NCBI GenBank assembly: GCA_013265495.1
Contig: MU058584.1
Coordinates: 7,158,407 to 7,222,406 of the forward strand
Source of the DNA: Vicugna vicugna
Taxonomy: Eukaryota
Reading direction: 5' to 3'
DNA: 64,000 bases
Part shown: positions 50,624 to 63,823 of the stretch, one piece after another
Position numbering within the stretch: the stretch's first letter is position 1
Layout of the letters: every line of letters starts with the position of its first letter
The notes under the pieces: generated by a model
Databases searched by the model: none
Seen by the model: the letters and a program-made list of their open reading frames with translations, nothing else
Told to the model about the DNA's origin: nothing
Position numbers and translations under genes: made by a program

Positions 50624-50898
50624 GCATCTTTATCCTCAACCTTGTGTGCCGTGACATGGGGCTCAAGGACTCAGTGCTGGCTGGGCTCAAGGCGGTGTTC
50701 CCCCTCCTGTACGTGCGGCGGATTGAGGGGGAAGTGAACGAGATCCTGTTCTGTCAGCTGCACCCTGAGCGGAAGCTGGCCACGCCGGAGCTCCTGGAAA
50801 CAGCCCAGGCCTTGGAGCAGACCCTGCGGAAGCCTGGGAAGGGCTGGGATGACTCGTACGTCCTGTCGGATATGCTCAAAACCGTGCAGCTTGTGTGA
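50624..50898 (+). CDS. METTL13: METTL13 exon 8 (terminal coding exon)
   Basis: 275 nt; GIFILNLVCRD...LKTVQLV*; the 8 exons total 2100 nt (699 aa + stop). Confidence 0.97.
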
Positions 50899-51075
50899 CG
50901 GTCCAGACCAGGCCGTCCCCCCAGCTTCCTTCCAGACTGACCTTGGCCAGTCCTGGCCGGCCAGAGATTGAGAAAATATAAATGCACGATGCTTTCTAAG
51001 CCGCGGATTTTTCTTAGTTTCCCACTCAGCTGCGTGTGACCTCCAGCGTGGTGAGGTTTCCCGAAGAGCTGAGAA

Positions 51076-51081
51076 AATAAA
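51076..51081 (+). terminator. Candidate proximal poly(A) signal of METTL13
   Basis: AATAAA ~180 nt after the stop, followed by GT/T-rich sequence. Confidence 0.5.
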
Positions 51082-51587
51082 AAGTCCTTTCCATCCTGCC
51101 GTCTTCAGTGCTGCGTGGGTTGATCGTCTTTGCTTCCTTTACTGTATCCTTGAGTAGGCGTCCCTGCTGGGCCGCCGTCAGTTGCTGATGCCTTAGCGGG
51201 CACGCGCCAGGCTCCTGAGGACCGGAGACGGTCAGATGTGATCGCCGGTTTGCTTTGCTTCATCCCGTTGGTTGGTTCCGTAGGAACGATCTCGAGTTGA
51301 GGTAGCAGAGCTTTCTGTGCCAAAACGCTAGACAGAGAGTAGGGTCTCTAGAGATGGGAGGCAGATTTAAGACAACATGTGCTCTGTCTCCCTGCAGATG
51401 GAACGGCCGCTGACACGGTCCCACCTTGCACGTAACTGGCCCATGACTGCGTGTGTCAGAGACTTCGCTGCCGAAGTCTCCGGGCTTGGTTACTCACACT
51501 TCCTGAGCGGCAGCTACGTGCCAGACCCACTGTGAAGGGCTGGAGTGGACGTAAAGATATTTAAGAACGGCCCCAGACTGAATTCGT

Positions 51588-51593
51588 AATAAA
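51588..51593 (+). terminator. Candidate distal poly(A) signal of METTL13
   Basis: AATAAA ~690 nt after the stop. Confidence 0.55.
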
Positions 51594-52412
51594 AATTGAC
51601 ATGTTCCAGGAACTCTTCTCAGTGATTTACTACATTGCCTCATGCAATCTGAGGTAAAGGATAGCTCAGCCAAAGCTGCGTCTGACCCCAGGTCTCACTC
51701 GAGCCAAAAGTTTCTATTGAGACTGTTAGGCCAGCAGTTCCGAGGCTGGCTTGAAGTTCATCTCATGATGAGTAATCCAAGGCTGACTTCACGAGCAGCG
51801 CCATGGAAAACCCACCACCCCGTCTCTGCTCTCCACAGACCCTTTAAAATGGACTCTAACCTCTTCAGGTGACGCACATTTCAAAACTAGGTTGTTGCCC
51901 GTACACAGTCGTGTCACCCATTGAGGAGAAGGGCTGGGTAGGCAGGGCAGTTTTTAGATGGTATCCTTTAGAAATCCTAGGTGTTCTTCAGGGGCAGGTC
52001 TTCCCTAGAGCTGTGTAAAGGGAAGCTTGTCACACCTGCACCCCAGGGCCTCAGCCTGGGAACGAACGCGCCATTGTTTTCTCACTTGTAAGCTCCTGCA
52101 GCGTTAGGGTGGGTTATAGAGGCACAGGGTCTGAGTGGGAGGACCTGGTCTGACTGCCCTGTGGTCAGATCACCCCCTAGTGCCGGGCAGACCTTGAAAC
52201 GGCACACTAGGTGGCACAGGCAAGTGAGGGAATGACCAGAGTGATGACGAGGTCTCAACTACATCTTAATAGGAGTAGTCCAAGGAATTAGGTTCAGTGG
52301 AGAGAAGCCTTTGAGGGTGGGAAGAGACACTCCAGGGCAATGATAGTTGTCTTAAAAATTTTGAAAGTCTGGGTATATAAGAAGAGTGAGGTTGGTTACA
52401 CAAGCCTCCAAA

Positions 52413-53008
52413 TGAGACAGGAAGGGGCAGGGCACAGCCATGCAAGGAGTGCTACAGCAATTAACATCAAAATGGTGAGAGATTCAACCCCTAGTAGGCC
52501 TTGAGGCTTAAGATGATGGGAGATTTAACTTCTAGCAGAACTTGAACTTCATTATATGCTTCTTGTAATATATTAACATGGTGAATAACATGCCCACAGG
52601 TGCCATGACAGTCCCAAGGCTAGCCACAAAAGGTCAAAGAGTGGGAAATGGCCAAACTTCCTGGGAATCCCAGCCCCTTCCCCAGGCTAGTTAGACTGGT
52701 CCTTCCACTTATTAGCATAAGAAGCTACCAAAGCACTGCCCCTCACGGCCTCTCTATTCTCCGCACTCTGTCTATGGAGTGTGTAACTACTTTTAATCTA
52801 ATCTGAGCGCCCAACCCCCACACCTTGTGGCCTTTCTCTTGCCTACCGATGTTCTCTCTCTAAATCTACCTTCACTCAACTGTGGCTCGCTCTTGAATTC
52901 TTTCCTGTGCAAAGCCAAGGACCCACACTCGGCCGGGCACGTCCCAGGGGCTCAACCGAAGCCTGGGACGGGGCCCTCCTCACGCCCCACACCTGTTTTG
53001 CTGCATCA
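52413..53008 (+). mobile_element. Solo ERV LTR (596 bp), ERV1-like
   Basis: TGA...TCA termini; 4-bp TSD CAAA (52409-52412 and 53009-53012); internal ~41-bp degenerate repeats. Confidence 0.85.
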
Positions 53009-53698
53009 CAAAGGCTGAAGGAAGACCAGTGGGCAGAGAGGACAGTTGGGCAGCTTTCAGCTTCACTTCCTACAAAGAGATGAGTGCCAGTGGAGACCGT
53101 TCTGTTCACCAGGACACGTGGTGACTCAGGCTGTTTACTCAAGCCCTAGTCTAACTTCCCTCCGTGTGCTCGCTGAGTTGTGAGGAAAGGGCTTCGTGTG
53201 TACAAGGCCATCTTTCCCACTGGAGAGCCATTCACTTTTTTCTTTTTTGGGGAGTTTCCATTTTATATGTATTTTTTAAATGGAGGTGTAATTGACATAC
53301 AACACTATATTAGTTTCAGGTGTACAATATATTGATTCGATAATTTGTACATATTGTGAAATGATCACAGTAAGTCTAGTTAACATCCGAGAGCTATTAT
53401 TCACTTTTGCATTGATGACAGGCAAATGGGTCTTTATGAGAATTTTGCCTAAGTTTAGGCATATGACCTCCGGAGAATGGGGAAGCTAACAAACTCAGAT
53501 TCCTTCCAGACTAGCAAGTAACAAATGCGTGAAGTGAGCAAGGTGTAAAACAAACAAAAAGGCTAGGATGAAGCCTGTGGTAAACCAGAGAATAAATGCC
53601 CCATCAAAAGGCAGCAGGTGTAATTCCAGCTGAGAGTGGTCCTGCAGGAGTGCTGTCCCAGCATGGCTACATCTTTTAAGAGAAGCCAGAAATTCCGA

Positions 53699-53757
53699 TG
53701 AGAGAGAGAGAGAGAGGGAGTGTGTGTGTGTGTGTGTGTGTGTGTCTGTGTGTGTGT
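53699..53757. repeat. (GA)n(TG)n compound microsatellite
   Basis: Seen directly. Confidence 0.9.
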
Positions 53758-54267
53758 AAATGTTAAAGTATTGGCCAATCAGAACACATCTTCAAGCCCT
53801 GTTCAACCAGCTGGCCAGTAATTTGCATCTTCCACTGCAGGGGATAGCCTCCAGAGCACTTGAGAATCCGGCATACACCCAGGATCTGAGTGAGCATAAA
53901 AGGAGCAAGCTGATAGCTACTAGTCTCAAAAGTCTGGCAAAGTTCCATCCTGTGGTATACTCTCCATTTTCTGTAATGGCTACTCTTGTGTGGGGTGGGA
54001 CCCACCATCTTTAACTTCCCAGAGAACCGAATGGAAATGTATCACACGACATCACCCCAGACCCCCGACTAAGACAAGTTCTGTAGCAACGTAAAGTTGG
54101 TCGGGCTGGCTATTGCCCCTTCTCCCCCACCCTTCCCCCACACACCAATTTTCCAGTGTGTGCCTCCCATCTTCCTTCATGGCTCAGCTTGCTACCTGGG
54201 CCACCTCTTAAGCCCATCTTCTTGTGTGTAGACCCATAGTTCTTAGCTGCACGTTGGAGTCATCTGA

Positions 54268-54764
54268 TGTGATAGGCAGAATAAGGATCCCCAAAGGTGT
54301 CCACGTCCTAAACCCGGCAACCTGTGGATACATTACACTACATGGCAAAGGGGAATTGAGGCAGCAGATGGATTTGGTGTTGCTAACCAGCTGACTCGAT
54401 GATATGGAGATGAGCCTAGATTACCCAGGTGGGCCCAACATAATCACAAGGGTATTTAAAAGTGGGCGAGGGAGGCAGAAAAGTCAGTGTAGGAGTGAGG
54501 TGATGTGAGAAAGACTCACTGACTGTTGCTGGCTTGGAAGACGGAAGGAACGCCGGCAGCCTCTAGAAGCTGAAAAAGGTAAGAAAACCGTTTCTTCCCC
54601 CAGAGCCTCCAGTGAGGAATGCAGATCTGCTAATAACTTGATTTTAGCTCAGTGAGCCCCGCTTCCGACATCTGCACTGTAGACCTGTAAGATAGTAAGT
54701 TTGTGTTGTTTGGAGCCACTGAGTTTGTGGTGAATTGTTACAACAGCAACAGGAAATTAACATA
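54268..54764 (+). mobile_element. MLT1D-like MaLR LTR
   Basis: tgtgataggcagaataa...cctctagaagctg...gttacaacagcaacaggaaa. Confidence 0.85.
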
Positions 54765-54769
54765 CTGGG

Positions 54770-55423
54770 GAAACGTGTGGTAAGAACTTTTAAACTCTAC
54801 TTTTTTGGCAATTTTAAAGTATGCAACACAGTACTATTAACTATGGTCACCATATTGTACATTCCATCCCCATGACTTGCTCATTTTATTACTGGAAGTT
54901 TGTACATTTTGACCCCCTTCACCCATTTCACCACCACTGCAGTCACCCCTCCTTCCCCCACTCCTCTGCCTCTAGTCTGTTCTCTGCATCTATGAGCTTG
55001 GTGGGGGTTTTTTGTTTTGTTTTTTCAGATCCTATGTGTGAGATTTTATTATATTTGTCTTTCTTTGGCTGGTTTATTTCATTTAACATCATATCCTCAA
55101 GATCTGTGCTTGTTGCAAATGGCATTCCTTCATTCTTTTTTATGGCTGAATAATAGTCCATGGTGTGTGTACGTGTATCTATTTCACATCTTCCTTATCC
55201 ATGGACACTTATGTCATTTCCATAGGTTGGTTATTGTAAATAATGCTGCAGTGAACATGGGAGTGCATATTTCTTGTTGAGTTAAGTGTTTTCATTTTCT
55301 TCAGATAAATACCCAGGGGAATTGCTGAATTGTATATTAGTTCTATTTTTAATTTTTTGACGAACCTCCATACTGCTTTCCATAGTGGCTGCACCAGTTT
55401 ACATTCCCACCAACAGTGTACCA
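54770..55423 (-). mobile_element. L1 3' fragment; MER5-like pieces flank the MLT1+L1 block (~54230-54265 and 55423-55558)
   Basis: ORF2 remnants ([25 protein letters not shown]). Confidence 0.85.
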
Positions 55424-55694
55424 CCTGGGAAACTTAAAAATACTTAGGCCTGGGCCCTACTGTCAGAGATTCTGATTTAATTGGTCTGTGGTTCAGCCTA
55501 TGCATCAGAATTTTTAAAAGCTTTCTAGGTGATAATGTTTGTAGTTGAGGGCCACTGAGGAGGTAGAGGTTCTGCGAGTGGCTGTGTTATTAGGGAAGGG
55601 GGATGGGGTTGCTATGCCCATTGGTGAGTATCAGTTTAGCTCAGATATATAAGCAGCAACAATCCCTTGATAATTGTAATATGCTCTCCCACCT

Positions 55695-56958
55695 TGTCCA
55701 GGAAAAACACACTGTGTTTGCCTTTACTCATACTCCATATACTGGTATCAGATATGTGGGGTTTTTCCACCCACACTAAGTAATGCTCCAACTCTCTGAC
55801 ACCAATTAGGTGTCATTCAATTCGAATCTGACATCATCTGTCTGGGGTTAGCACCTACGCACAAGACTGCCCGGACCCTGCTTCAGATGCCAGTTTCCAA
55901 ATTGCAAGTCCAGGGTGTCACCTGTGCTTCTGACCAGCAGGCTATAAATTAGAGGTTCCCATGACCCTCTTCCTCAGGTTCGATAATTTGCTAGAGTGGC
56001 TCACAGAACTCAGGGAAACAGTTCATTATAAAAGGATACAATTCAGAACAGCCAGAATGAAGAAACACACAGGGCAAGGTCTGGGAAGGGGTGTGGAGTG
56101 GGCATGCCCTCTCTGGGCACACCACCCTCCATGTTTCTCCCTGTGTCACCGCCCCCACCCGACCCCACCGACTCTCAGAACCCTGTGCTCATGGAGTTTC
56201 ATGGAAGCTTCATCATGCAGGCATGATTGATTAACTCGGTATCTAGCCCCTCTCTCTTCCCCAGAGGGCGGGGGAGAGGGGGTGGTGGTGGGAGGGGAAT
56301 GAAAGTTCCTAGCTTCTAGCATCTAATCATGGCTTTGTTACCAACCCAGGTTCTTGGACTTTGAATCAACAGAAATTGATAAGAGGCTGTTGAGAAATTC
56401 AGGCAAGGCTTCATTGGGACTCGTGCAGCAGCATGAGGGAGTGAGAACAAGTAACAGGTGCCCTTGCTTGCTCCCTGAGTTGGAGGGAGGTAGTCTCTTA
56501 CAGGTGCTGAGGGTGGGGGCAGATGGGTGGACGGGGCAGGAGGAGTGGCTTAGGTGATCTGCCCACCCCGGTGGTGGTGCTATGTGCAGGGATCAGGGGC
56601 AGTACCCTGCGTTTGCTCCTGGCACTTCAGAAGTGGCAGCTGGGTTTTGGTTGTTTTGTATCTTGTTGTTCATAATTTGCCCCAACTGCATTGCATGTAG
56701 TTATTTTTAGTCTCTTATAGTTTCTTTGTATTCTGTTGGCGGAGGAGACATTTGTCCAGGTGCAACCACTGCAGGCAAGGGTCTCAGGCCCCAGCCTATC
56801 TCAGCTTGATCTTTCTGATGACCGACTCCCATCCAGGAGCCTACCAAGAGTCACCTCTCAGAACAAAAGATGCTCCTAACACCCGGGAAATTGCAGGACC
56901 TTCAGGAGCTCTGTGTCAGGAACTGGGGCAGAGACCAGTATGTATTTTTTATTTCACA
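55695..56958. mobile_element. MER21-like LTR interrupted by a younger solo LTR
   Basis: TG...CA termini, near-TSD cacct/tacct; the host reads through aatcatggctt|gatctttctgatgacc. Confidence 0.75.
56336..56803 (-). mobile_element. Solo ERV LTR (468 bp) nested in the MER21-like LTR
   Basis: TG...CA termini; TSD GCTT (56332-56335 and 56804-56807). Strand is inferred. Confidence 0.82.
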
Positions 56959-57604
56959 TACCTATACACTGGTGCACAACTCAGCTCTTTGCCCTTTGAG
57001 CGATGACAAGAGGGTGACAGGTGGCTTATGGTGTGGGGTGATTTCCTCCACGGAGCAGAGCAGTCACACTCTCCACTACAGCTGGGCCCTAGAATACATC
57101 CTAAGGATTGCTTCATGGAGTCGAAAGGCTACAGCAGAGTAAACCACAGGTAACCAACCCAGTTCTTCTGTGGTAGCTTATCTTGACATTTGGTTTCTAC
57201 AAATTTGTCAACAAGTGATGGTCAATGAGAAGTAGAATTCTTAAGCTGGGGTTTTCTTTTTTATATTCAGTAGGCTTTTTTCTTTTTCTTTTCTTTTCTT
57301 TTTTTTTTTTGGAGAGGCTGTCCTGCACTAGACACCATGCTCGTGCTGAGGTCAGAAGGAGGGAAGAGATCCAGCTCCTGCTGTTATAGGGCTCGCTGAC
57401 AAATTGCAACACATGGATGAACCCCACGTGCATAAATCGTGAGAAATGCACAAAAGATGGTCAGGTGTTTGCTAAGACTCTTGTTACGTCATTGTTAGAC
57501 AGGAAAGGGTCAAGTCTCAATAGAAACTGCCCTCTTAAAGTGACTGAAGGTGTGACGAACTGTTTTGCTTTTCTAGCTCAGGTCTGAACTAGTTCCTGTG
57601 ATTC

Positions 57605-57618
57605 CCAGTAGGTGGCGC
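57605..57618 (+). promoter_or_regulatory. CTCF core motif
   Basis: CCAGTAGGTGGCGC matches the consensus CCASYAGRKGGCRS exactly, in non-repeat sequence with a few nearby CpGs. Confidence 0.7.
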
Positions 57619-58167
57619 TAGAAATCGCATTTAATTTCCTGGGGCGTCTGCGACGTTTCCTTGGGAGGGAGAGCAAGACTCTTTTAAGGGCTTGTTTCAC
57701 CTGAACCATATTTCCTGCTTCTTTCTCCCATGTCTGAGGACAGATGCCTCCTTTGCCTGTTTTTCTCTTTTTATCCAATACCCTACCCCCTCTGCTCTTT
57801 CATCATCATTCTTTTTCCCTTTCCATTCCTATGGAGAGACTATGAGTTTCCCCAAGCAAGGTCTGCAGTGGTGGGAGCATTGTACAGAGGCAGAGATCCC
57901 TTTGCCTCACATCCCTGATTTTAGAAACAATGTCTGGAAATAGAGCAATGGGATAATTCTACTAGAGTGTGAAAGCGCATAAAGCTAGGAAGCATACAAG
58001 AAACAAAATGTAATAACACGCACCTGGGCCTGAGCTGGCATGCCAAATTTTCTGCCGAGATGTAAGCCGTTTCTATCATAGTAGTAAATAGTACATAAGA
58101 GAAAGGTTGGCAAAAATAAAACTTGATGGAAATAATGGATTTGGATATTTTTTTAATGTAAGCCTCC

Positions 58168-58624
58168 TGTAGTGAGTTGCATCGTGACTCCCATAAAGGA
58201 AATATCCAAGTCTCAACCCCTGCAACCTGTAAGTGTGACCTTACTCAGGTCTTGGCAGATGTAATGAAGAATCTCGAGATGAAATCATCCTGGATTGGGG
58301 CAGCCCTAAATCTCATGACAAGGCCTTAGAATAGAAGGGGCAACAGACCGTGATGGGAGAGACACACAGGGAAGGAGGCCATATGAAGACAGGCAGATTG
58401 GAGAGACTTGTCCATGAGCCAAGGGACCCCAAGGATCGCTAACAGCCACCAAATGTAAGGAAAGAGGCATAAAACCATTCTGCCTCAGCCTCCAGAAGGA
58501 ACCCATGGTGCCAACACCTTGATTGAAAACTTCCGGCTCCATTATTGTGAGAAGATACATTTCAGTAGTTTAAAGCCACCTAGTTTGTGGTAATTTGTTT
58601 TGGCAGCCTCAGGAAATGCATACC
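58168..58624 (+). mobile_element. MLT1B/C-like MaLR LTR
   Basis: tgtagtgagttg...gtttaaagccacctagtttgtggtaatttgttttggcagcc. Confidence 0.82.
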
Positions 58625-58721
58625 ACTGCCTAAAAGGGTTGTGTCCATGCCACTCCACAGGACCAGAGAGCGTACAGACTCTGGGCCACGTGCTATCCCA
58701 AGATGTGTTTAGTTTAGCATT

Positions 58722-59239
58722 TGTTACCAAGTCCAAGCTCATTTTGCTCGCCATATAGGCCAATAAATCAGGAGATGAGATGTTGGGGCAAGGAATAGCA
58801 ACTTTATTTGGAAAGCTGGTAGACAGAGACGATGGCAGACTGAAGCCCTGGAGAATCATCTCCCCAAGTCAGAATTCAGGCTCCTTTTTGCACTAAAAAG
58901 GGGAGGGGGTGTGGTTGGTTGGTGTGAACTTATTGCTGTAGGAATTCTTTGTTCTTGCAGCTGTCCATGTGGGTCACGTCATGGTGCCCTGTAAAACCTC
59001 CAACAAAACGAAGGTTATTTTCTGTTCTGCAACTTGTTATCTTTATATGAGTGCAAAAGCGTTAATATCCTTAAAGATCAGAGCCTGGAGAATAGGCTCT
59101 CCTGTGAAATTTCAGGCTAAAGGCAACACTTTTTTACAAAAGGTGCAGGGCTAGCAAGACTAAGCCTAGAATCAGGGCACAGGGTTGAAGCCAAAGGAAC
59201 AGATCTAATATGGAGTCAGATTTGTTCTTTTCTATTACA
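58722..59239 (-). mobile_element. Solo ERV LTR (518 bp), ERV1-like
   Basis: TG...CA termini; TSD CATT (58718-58721 and 59240-59243); minus-strand AATAAA at 58803-58808. Confidence 0.87.
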
Positions 59240-61809
59240 CATTCACAGGATGTTGTATGTAAAATCTGAATTTCTGACTTCTTTGGAAGACTTTGAGCCC
59301 GGCACTACCAGAGCTTCTTGTTCACACTTGGCTAGAACTGGTAAGGATATGCCCCTTTTAGATCAGTCATACGTGCTACCTTCCCCACTGCTCCCTGTCT
59401 GCCTCCTTCACGCATTTGTTACACACCTTGTCCTGTAGGCATCTGACGTAACTCCTAGATTAGCATCAGGCTTGGTAGGTTAAAAGACTCACTCCTCTGT
59501 TTAAGAGTAAGAGAAAAGAAGCCCCTGATCTTGTAATCAGTAATCACGGAAGATTTTTATAAAGGAGAACAGTGTAAAAGGTGGCTCTGAAATCCGATTG
59601 CTCAACAAAACCACCTGGAGACTACTTTCCATATACAGATTCTGGACCACATCCCAGACCTACTGTATCAGAATCTTGGGTGTGTGTGTGTGGGGTGGGG
59701 TGATGGAGTAGGACAGGGGTAGAGCCCAGGACTCTGCATTTTAAAAGCTCCCAAGTGATTCTGATCATAAACAAGCTATAGAGCAGCTACTGTAAAATAT
59801 TGATCTTCTAGGACTCAAATGGAGTGTGAATTTCTTACCCACTAGAGATATTTTGAAGCATGTTTTTTAAAAAGTCTTTTCTCAATATAATTGAAAAGAT
59901 TTGCAAAATTTTGCTGAGCTAATGGTCTGAATTTGTTAAATTCTTCAGCCACTCTTCATCTGCAGATAGTTTAATACAAAACAAGGTAGTTCCTTTTAAT
60001 GAAAGCACAGAAACAGCTAATTAATATAGTGCTCTATTTTATTTATCTAGGCAATATTCATAATATCTTTCTGTGTTTTGGTGATGAGTGGGAACGAGCT
60101 GAGAATATGGTCTAAGGGCTTGTTGACCAGCTGAGTACCATCTTCCAGGCATGGTATTGGTTAGGTTGAGATGTAATCTGCAACTCTGAAACAACTGTTT
60201 CCAGCTTTTCTCCTTTTAATATAAAGCCTGGTCTCTATCAGTCTCCAGGATGCTAGACCACCTGAAAGAATGAATAAGGAAATGTGAGGGTATTTAAAAA
60301 AAGTTGTTACCAAAATCCTGATCAAGGAAGGTTACATACATTTGGCCATTCTTCAAAGCATTGCATATAGATTCAATTCACAGATAATCTTATTAAATGA
60401 TTCCTTGATAAACATTTATTGAGTGCCTACTACATGCTAGGCACTGTTCTATTGCACTAGAAAGACTGCAGTGAAAAGAAGTAAAAATTAAAGTTCCTGT
60501 TCTCATGAGCATTATATTTGACAAAATGAAAAGATAGCTTCATTAATACATGGCAGGTGCTTTTCATAGAAAGTATGCTTGTTATATGGCTTATAATAAT
60601 CATTTTCAAGGCACCTATGACAACATGTCCTGCAGAAAACCCAAGTTGACCTCGCAGTAAGTGCTATTAGTTTACAGAAGCCATGAAGTGCAATTTTCAA
60701 GGTAAGTTCAGGGGTAGCTCCAACTGAATGTTTGCATACCCACTGCTCTCCATATTTTCTGATGGCCACCTCAGTATCTTCTTCTCATGAAAATTAATGA
60801 GCTTCAGGTCTTTTGGAAACTGGACCACAGAAAAATTTCCTACAAAGGGTCCTTTGAATGGGCTAGGCTGCCCAATGCATCTTCTGGTTATTATGTGGAG
60901 GGTCCAGGTCTTACCTCCAACCCAGGTCTCGTAAAGTTATTCTTAATATTGGCATCTCACAGTCATGGTAGGAAAGGCTAGCCAATGAGTTACAAGGACA
61001 GATCAGACTGATTCCAGGTCATTCACTCATGAGAAAGGGCAGAGCCAGGACTGGAATTTATATATCTAGGTTTCCAGTTCAGTGCTTTCTATCACACCAT
61101 GTCAACCATCTTTTGGGGGGCACAAGAGTTAGGAATCCTAGCAGCATGAAGATCTTAAAATATAATCTCTGTTTTGCTATCAAATCAAGATTAAAGGACT
61201 GAGAATGGTTGTGATGCCTTAGGAGAAGGCTTGGTAAGCCCAAGAAGTGAAGCAGTTGTGGAAAGGCATTGGTGCCAAACTTGTGTTATCAAGACCCTGA
61301 GCCACAGTGGCTCTGGCTGCTGCCAGTCAGAGCAGTTCTCAGCCCACCCAGAGCTAAGGCTTCAAGGGCATTTCAAGGCTCTTTCTTCTTCCTTCATAAT
61401 TAAAGTCAGCCCTTTAGGATTTGCTTGAGGACCACACTCCAATAATTAAAATGATCTTATTTGACTATGCCTACAGGACTCTGTAGTCTTTTGAGAGGCA
61501 TTTTGAAAGTAAGCACTTAGGAGAATACTGAGAACTCAGATAATTTTACTTTCAACATATCTGAAAGTGATGAGTAGAAAAGGCAACGCTCTGAAAAGCC
61601 GACGTTTAAAGCTAGTGGGGAGCCACGATCACAGGATAACTTTTATGTTTTCCTAATGTATGCGCTTAGATTCCTATATCAGAGCTAAGAATTCTTAGAG
61701 ATTATTGTTTCAGCTTACTTCTTATGATGAGATCCTTTCCTAATGGATGTATCTCAAACTTCTTCATTCCCACAAGTCTGCAGGGACAAATGATCATATT
61801 AATGAGGTG

Positions 61810-62310
61810 TAAGTCTTCCTCGACTTACGATAGGGTTCTGTCCTATAAACCTATCATTTAAGTTGAAAATATCATAAGTCAAGAATGCATTCAATAGACT
61901 TGACCTATCGAACATCACAGCTTAGCCTAGCCCACCTCAGATGTGCTTAGAACACTTATATTAGCCTACAGTTGAGTTAGATACTCACCTAACACAAAGC
62001 CTATTTTATAATAGTGTTGAATAGCTCATGTAATTTATTGAATACTGTACTGAAAGTGAAAAACAGAATGGTTTTATGGGTGCAGAATGGTTAAGTGTAT
62101 GGGTTGTTAACCCTGGTGATCACGTGGCTGACAAGGAGCTGGGGTTCCCTGCCACTGTCCAGCATCACCAGGGAGGACCATACTGCCTACAGCTAGCCTG
62201 TGAAATCAGATCACAATTCGAAGTCCAGTTTCTACTGAATGCAGACTGCTTTTTCACCATCATAAAGCTGAAAACTTGCAATTTGAAGCATCGTAAGTTG
62301 GGGACCACCA
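61810..62310 (+). mobile_element. MER47/Tigger5-like DNA transposon
   Basis: Inverted termini cctcgacttacgat / atcgtaagttgggg; agcttagcctagcc internal motif. Confidence 0.8.
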
Positions 62311-63354
62311 ATGAGGATTCGGGCACTCCTGAATCCTTGCTCCCACTTGCATAGTGAGTCTGAGCCCCGCCCCACACCCCTCAGTCTTGGCAGTTAGCAC
62401 GGCTTCTCGATCTTCTGCTCTGGTCTGGTCTCAGTCTTGTCAGCTGAGAGCTGCCTGTCCCACTGCTCCTATTCTTTGCCTGAGAGCACTGGCTCTGTCT
62501 CTCAGCACTCATGAAGCCACAAAACACGCAAGGTGGCACAGTGTCAGGGCATCACCTTCCAGCCTCCTTGCATCAGAACCTCCCTGGATCCTGTGCAGAA
62601 ATGGGGAGGATTCCAGTCCCTCTCCTGTTCTGAGCTGTATTTCTTCATCTTCTAAAATGGTGCTGCTGGGGTCCAGGTCAGACCTCTCAGGGGCTTTTGC
62701 CTGGAGTGTCCTGGGTGGCACCAACTTCTCTGTACCTACTTCACCCTCACGGACCCTCTCCTCTCCCCTCACAAGCAAAGCAACGTCTGCAGCCTTGAGT
62801 TCTCATGCATTTATCAGACACACTTGGGCTCCTTAGGATTCTGTTTCTTGAGGTTCCGCAGGGACCTACACCAGGTGGGGGAGCCAGAGGTCGCAGTGCA
62901 GGCATACAGGAACAGGGATGGAAACTTCACTCTTTTCCTTCGTGTCTTCCTTCTTCCCGCGTTTATTAAGCACTAGCCACATCCCAAACACTATGCTGGG
63001 GCAGTAGGGTACCACAATCAAGAACCTTACATTAAGGTAAGCCATCAAATTGGGTTTGATTGGCTCTGGGAGACAAGGGTGAAGAAGCGTGAAGGCAGGC
63101 TGGCCTCTCTGACTGCCTGGCTCTCTGGGGCCGTTGCTGACACAGAGCTGCCAGCCTAGGAAAATTGAAAGCGAAGATGACTGAGCAGTTTGGCTTTTCA
63201 AAAATTGTTTCTGCCTTTTTGCTGGTGAGAAATGAGCTGCTGGGAATTAAGACCCATAGTTCATAGTTGTAAAACATAGCTGTTAAAATAAAGAAAACAT
63301 TTACTGATGACCTCCTACGTGAGAGGTACCATACAAATACTATGTCATTTTTAA

Positions 63355-63823
63355 GAAGCAGCTTTATTGAGTGTAATTGACAAAAAACTGCACATGTTTA
63401 AATCATACAATTTAGTAAGTTTTACCGTGTGTATACACCCATGAAACCATCACCATGATCAAAATAGTGAACAAAGCCATCACCCTAAAAAATTTCCTTA
63501 TGTCTCCTTGTCGTCCTTTGGTCCTATTTCTTCCCACCTCAAGTGTTATACTCAAGCAACCAATGGTCTGTTTTCTGTCACTCTCAATAAGTTTACATTT
63601 TCTAGAATTTTATGTGAACAGAATCATATGTATGTACTCTCTTTTTGTGTGACTACTTTCATTCATCATACTTTGAGATTCATCCTATTGTTGTGTATAT
63701 CAATAGTTAATTTGTGTTCATTGATGAGGAATATTCCCTTGCTTGGATACACCACAAGTTTATCCATTCATCTGTTGGTGAACATTTAAGTCACAATTTT
63801 GGGCAATTAAAAATAAAGCTGCT
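63355..63823 (-). mobile_element. Old L1 3' fragment
   Basis: cagctttattgagtgtaattgaca...ccattcatctgttggtgaacattt. Confidence 0.75.

Noticed and set aside
62354..63201. 160-, 89- and 111-aa ORFs in unique sequence
   Set aside because: No recognisable protein family, no convincing exon structure and non-ATG starts; a lncRNA exon cannot be excluded.
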